Below, one piece after another: positions 60,596-64,000 of a stretch of 64,000 nucleotides of DNA. Positions within the stretch are counted from its first letter, which is position 1. Every line of letters starts with the position of its first letter. This DNA comes from an uncultured delta proteobacterium (lineage in GTDB: Bacteria; Desulfobacterota; RBG-13-43-22), in contig CAWJJC010000017.1 in the NCBI GenBank assembly GCA_963843145.1, positions 96,001 through 160,000 on the forward strand. The letters run 5' to 3'. The translations under genes were made by a program, and so were the position numbers. Under the pieces are notes generated by a model that made no database searches, was not told the origin of the DNA, and was given only the letters and a program-made list of their open reading frames with translations.

Positions 60596-61021
60596 ATGTC
60601 CGAAATATCAATGGCATTCAGGAAAAAAATCGGCGAGGAATTAAAATTTATTGCCGGTAAAATTAGTGAAGACACCACGGAAAGGGAAAAATCTTATTAT
60701 TTAAGCGGGGTAGCTTCGTTAATGAACCGTATTTTTAACCTTGAATTTAGTAAAGAATTGGTCGTGCTCCATTTTCTTTTCCAGGCAATGCATGGGATCC
60801 TTGACCAACTAATTTTAAAAATTGAACAACGTGCCGAAAAAACAATAATTATCCCGGAAGATTTTTTTCCCCAGTTATCGAAATTATTGCAAGAACTTGC
60901 CCTCGATATAGAAAAGAAAAAGGATCTATACGAAATTGTTCAAAAGATTGCAACATTTAGTTACGTCCTAACCGGAAACGGATATTATTTATATAAAAGA
61001 AACGTTTTATCGTTGTCTTAA
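60596..61021 (+). CDS. Hypothetical helical protein, third gene of the hicAB unit
   Basis: 141-aa AT-rich ORF with purine-rich RBS, 18 nt after hicB. Confidence 0.65.
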   Translation: MSEISMAFRKKIGEELKFIAGKISEDTTEREKSYYLSGVASLMNRIFNLEFSKELVVLHFLFQAMHGILDQLILKIEQRAEKTIIIPEDFFPQLSKLLQELALDIEKKKDLYEIVQKIATFSYVLTGNGYYLYKRNVLSLS

Positions 61022-61198
61022 GGGGATATTTAGTATTTTTAATGCATAAGCCTTCAATGGCCATCAGACACATGATCCATTTCGAGCCCTGATAACATAC
61101 GGCCTACCTTTTTGATATACGGGATTCAAAGGTTCAATGGACAGGGTTCGGGTGTATCCCCTCCTGAACCACAGCCGGGGTGAGTAAGGAGAGTTGGG

Positions 61199-61624
61199 AT
61201 GGGTAGATCACGCGGATGCCTCGATCCTGAATTAACAGCGGAATCGAGGATAGAGAGAATGAGAGAGGAAATACATACTCTGCGTAACACGCTAATCTCT
61301 CTAATTCCAGCTCCATTTAAGGATATTATTGAGCCTCGTTATGATTTAACTCGGGAGGAATCCCTTAATTGGCTATATTCTACCGCAAATAAAATTATTG
61401 AAATCACCGAACCTGATCAATACGGAAAGGCAATTTGTCCTCTTTGTGGGGGCGTTCCTCAGTTTGTAGGGGTTGGTTATAGTTATCCTATTGGGCTTGA
61501 GCGTCATTTGACGGGCTCTTACAACGCCCATAGATGCCCAGTAATGTATGCTGCGGGTGGTCTTTGTAGAGTTCAACATCGAGAACGGTATCCTGGTGAC
61601 TTTGGGCCGTACGGATGTGATTGA
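61199..61624 (+). CDS. Hypothetical protein with a putative zinc finger
   Basis: CPLC...GLERHL.G....C; AAGGAG upstream. Confidence 0.6.
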   Translation: MGRSRGCLDPELTAESRIERMREEIHTLRNTLISLIPAPFKDIIEPRYDLTREESLNWLYSTANKIIEITEPDQYGKAICPLCGGVPQFVGVGYSYPIGLERHLTGSYNAHRCPVMYAAGGLCRVQHRERYPGDFGPYGCD

Positions 61625-61821
61625 TTTCAGCCGAGGCATAATTTTGGTCGAACAAGTATCTCAGTGGAGGACTCTGCTTTGTAATCATTGGGGTCGGACT
61701 AGACGAACTAATTGAATTCTCAAAAACTTTTTTCAATCGATAGGCATTTGAGGTCTTAAAATGCCCTTTTTACCCCCCCAATAGAATCCTCTAATCCGAT
61801 CCCAATTTCATACTACCCACC

Positions 61822-62301
61822 ATGACCCCGGCAATCAATGTGGTCAAGAAAGCCAAGATTACTCATAGGGTGCATGAATACCTGCACGATGCGGCAAGTG
61901 AATCGTATGGGAGTGAAGCCGCCGAAAAACTGGACGTCCCGGAGGATCGAGTCTTCAAAACATTGGTGGTGAGTCTCGACGGTAAAGAGCTGGCCGTGGG
62001 TGTCGTTCCCGTGTCCTCTATGCTCGACATGAAGCTCCTGGCCAAAGTGGCCGGGGCAAAAAAGGCAAGTATGGCCGCCAGATCAGATGTGGAACGCTCT
62101 ACCGGATATGTTTTGGGTGGGGTTAGCCCTCTGGGTCAAAAAAAACGGCTCAGGACCTATATTGATTCATCGGCTGGAAACTTCCCAACGGTTTTCGTCA
62201 GCGCGGGTCGCCGGGGGCTGCAAATCGAACTGAATCCGAATGACCTGAAGGCCCTGTCCAATGGAGAATACGCCGAAATATCCCAACGTTCCCACATCTA
62301 A
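61822..62301 (+). CDS. ybaK: Cys-tRNA(Pro) deacylase
   Basis: MTPA, VFKTLV, GY..GG.SPLGQK, SAGRRG. Confidence 0.93.
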   Translation: MTPAINVVKKAKITHRVHEYLHDAASESYGSEAAEKLDVPEDRVFKTLVVSLDGKELAVGVVPVSSMLDMKLLAKVAGAKKASMAARSDVERSTGYVLGGVSPLGQKKRLRTYIDSSAGNFPTVFVSAGRRGLQIELNPNDLKALSNGEYAEISQRSHI

Positions 62302-62387
62302 CCAAAAGCGAGACGTTGCCTGTCCCTTGGCCAAGATCAAATGAGAAGAGTCACCGGAATTTTGTTTGGTACAAGGAGAACCAATCG

Positions 62388-63038
62388 ATGAAAGTAATAG
62401 CCATTAACGGCAGTCCCAGGAAAAAGTGGAATACCGCCACTTTGCTTGAAAGAGCTGTCGAAGGGGCCGTCTCACAGGGGGCCGAAACCAGCCTCGTCCA
62501 CTTGTATGGCCTTCAATTTAAGGGGTGTATCAGTTGCTTTGCCTGCAAAAAAAAGGGGGGCCCAAGCTATGGGACCTGCGTGGTTAAGGACGACTTGACC
62601 CCCATTTATGCCGAAATCAAGGAAGCCGGCGCTTTAATACTGGGGTCTCCCATCTATTTCGGGGACGTGACCGGCGAATTGCGTTCTTTTCTGGAACGCC
62701 TGCTCTTTCCCTACCTCGCCTATGAATCTCCACCCAAAACCCTTTTCCCTGGAAAGATCCGGACGGCTTGGATTTACACCATGAATGCCCCCGAAGACAT
62801 CGCTCAACAATTTGGCTATGGCCGACTTTTTGAAAGTAATGAAGGTGTCATGCGAAGGATTTTCGGCCATTCCGAATCAATGATGAGCTATGATACGTAT
62901 CAATTCGAAGATTATTCAGCAGTGGTTGCGGACAGATTTGACGTCAACGAGAAAGAGAAACGCCGCCGGGAATTCTTTCCGAAGGACTGCCAAAAAGCCT
63001 TTGATTTAGGAGTCGCTCTGGCGAAAAAAATAACCTAA
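62388..63038 (+). CDS. Iron-sulfur flavodoxin / NADPH-dependent FMN reductase family protein
   Basis: NGSPRK..NT, C..C..C...C, GSPIYF; start at ATG 62388 after AAGGAG. Confidence 0.88.
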   Translation: MKVIAINGSPRKKWNTATLLERAVEGAVSQGAETSLVHLYGLQFKGCISCFACKKKGGPSYGTCVVKDDLTPIYAEIKEAGALILGSPIYFGDVTGELRSFLERLLFPYLAYESPPKTLFPGKIRTAWIYTMNAPEDIAQQFGYGRLFESNEGVMRRIFGHSESMMSYDTYQFEDYSAVVADRFDVNEKEKRRREFFPKDCQKAFDLGVALAKKIT

Positions 63039-63174
63039 GCCTGGTTTCCAGAAGAACTATTTAAAATGAGGCGTGTTGAATTGACATTCCTTATGACAGT
63101 CCTACCTAATTCATCCGGGTGGTCATGTCGAGCGAAGCACCGCTGAGATAAATCCGAAACTGCCTTTTAGAAAA

Positions 63175-63219
63175 AAGATACGGGATGCCGGCCACTAATC
63201 CCTCCGGATCCCGTATCTT
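63175..63219. terminator. Long hairpin between convergent genes (possibly bidirectional terminator)
   Basis: AAGATACGGGAT...ATCCCGTATCTT, 12-bp stem, with an A-run before and a T-rich tract after. Confidence 0.55.
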
Positions 63220-63279
63220 CGTTTCAGATCTAAATCTTTTTTCTTTTCCTTTTGCCTTCTTCCTCGTTCCTCGATCCTT

Positions 63280-64000
63280 TTACTTCTTTCCCAGCACTTC
63301 CCGCTTGATCCGGCTGATATGGCCGCGGCCGGAGCCCTTGACTTCGCAGCCCAGCTCAAAATAGCGGCGGATTTGGGTGTCGTTCAGGATGCCGAAGCAA
63401 TCCACGATGGCCGCCGGCCGCCCGATCCACTCCACCATCTGGTCGGGATCCAGCGTTAGATAAGGCTGGTGGCGCACGGCCAGGACCACGGCGTCCGCTC
63501 CCTGAACAGTGCTGGCCAAGTCCTGGGAGACCGGCAGCTTCGCCAATCCGTCCTGGTTGCGGAAGAACCGGGCCCAGTTGTTATGCATCGGGTAGTCATT
63601 CTGTTTTTCCAATTCCCACCAATGCTCCACGTAGGGGTCGTGGACCCGCACTTCCGCGCCCATCTCGGCCAGCTTCCGGACTAAGATCTCCGAACCGCTG
63701 TACCGGGTGTCGCCCACGTCCTCCCGGTAGGAAACCCCCAGGACGCTGATCAGGGAGGAAGCCACGATCCGGTTCCGGTTACGCAGGGCGTCACGGACCA
63801 GTTGGGCCGCATGGAGGGCCCGGGTGTCGTTGATATTGATCGCCAGGGGGGTAATTTTAAAAATATCATCCTCGAAGCCCATCAAATGTTTATACGACCA
63901 CATGCCCAGACCGCCGTCCTTGGGCAGGCAGTAGCCCCCGACCCCCGGGCCCGGGAAAAGGATGTTGCTGTGGGTGGGCCGAACCCGGATGGCCTCGATG
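63280..64000 (-). CDS. Nucleotide sugar dehydrogenase (UDP-glucose/GDP-mannose family), 5' part outside the window
   Basis: PGPGVGGYCLPKD catalytic Cys motif, GVSYREDVGDTR.S, HDP. Confidence 0.88.
   Translation of the reverse strand, partial: IEAIRVRPTHSNILFPGPGVGGYCLPKDGGLGMWSYKHLMGFEDDIFKITPLAININDTRALHAAQLVRDALRNRNRIVASSLISVLGVSYREDVGDTRYSGSEILVRKLAEMGAEVRVHDPYVEHWWELEKQNDYPMHNNWARFFRNQDGLAKLPVSQDLASTVQGADAVVLAVRHQPYLTLDPDQMVEWIGRPAAIVDCFGILNDTQIRRYFELGCEVKGSGRGHISRIKREVLGKK

Overview
A 64-kb stretch of a moderately GC-rich bacterial chromosome whose gene content and order suggest Desulfobacterota (deltaproteobacterial); this taxonomy is inference. It has four parts. (1) 1-13 kb is housekeeping and envelope genes: vanZ-like, DUF151 nuclease, miaB, rhomboid, nadK, an ntrX/ntrY-like pair, DUF4390, lpxC (with a consensus sigma-54 promoter) and mltA. 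(2) 13-39 kb is a surface-glycosylation island with four large GT-C-type membrane transferases plus a remnant, two GT2 polyprenyl-phosphate sugar synthases, a GtrA flippase, a YdjC deacetylase, an S8 protease, and a transaldolase-containing NDP-heptose/octose-type sugar pathway. (3) 39-54 kb is metabolic genes: pgm, UDG, flavodoxin, 5'-nucleotidase, acyl-CoA ligase, corC-like, UPF0182 and purB. (4) 54-62 kb is a defence islet after purB with a NYN/PIN RNase, type III R-M, hicAB and two hypotheticals; ybaK, a flavodoxin and a partial sugar dehydrogenase follow. Several genes, including essential purB, carry frameshifts, which points to assembly indels. I saw no rRNA, tRNA, CRISPR array, transposase or integrase. 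The most notable unexplained signals are: a ~200-nt structured element with long perfect inverted arms present twice; a promoter-short RNA-terminator cassette directly before the NYN RNase (type III TA-like); a 151-bp element carrying a 15-nt internal copy of its own end junction; and a lincomycin-like octose pathway linked to GtrAB/GT-C machinery.
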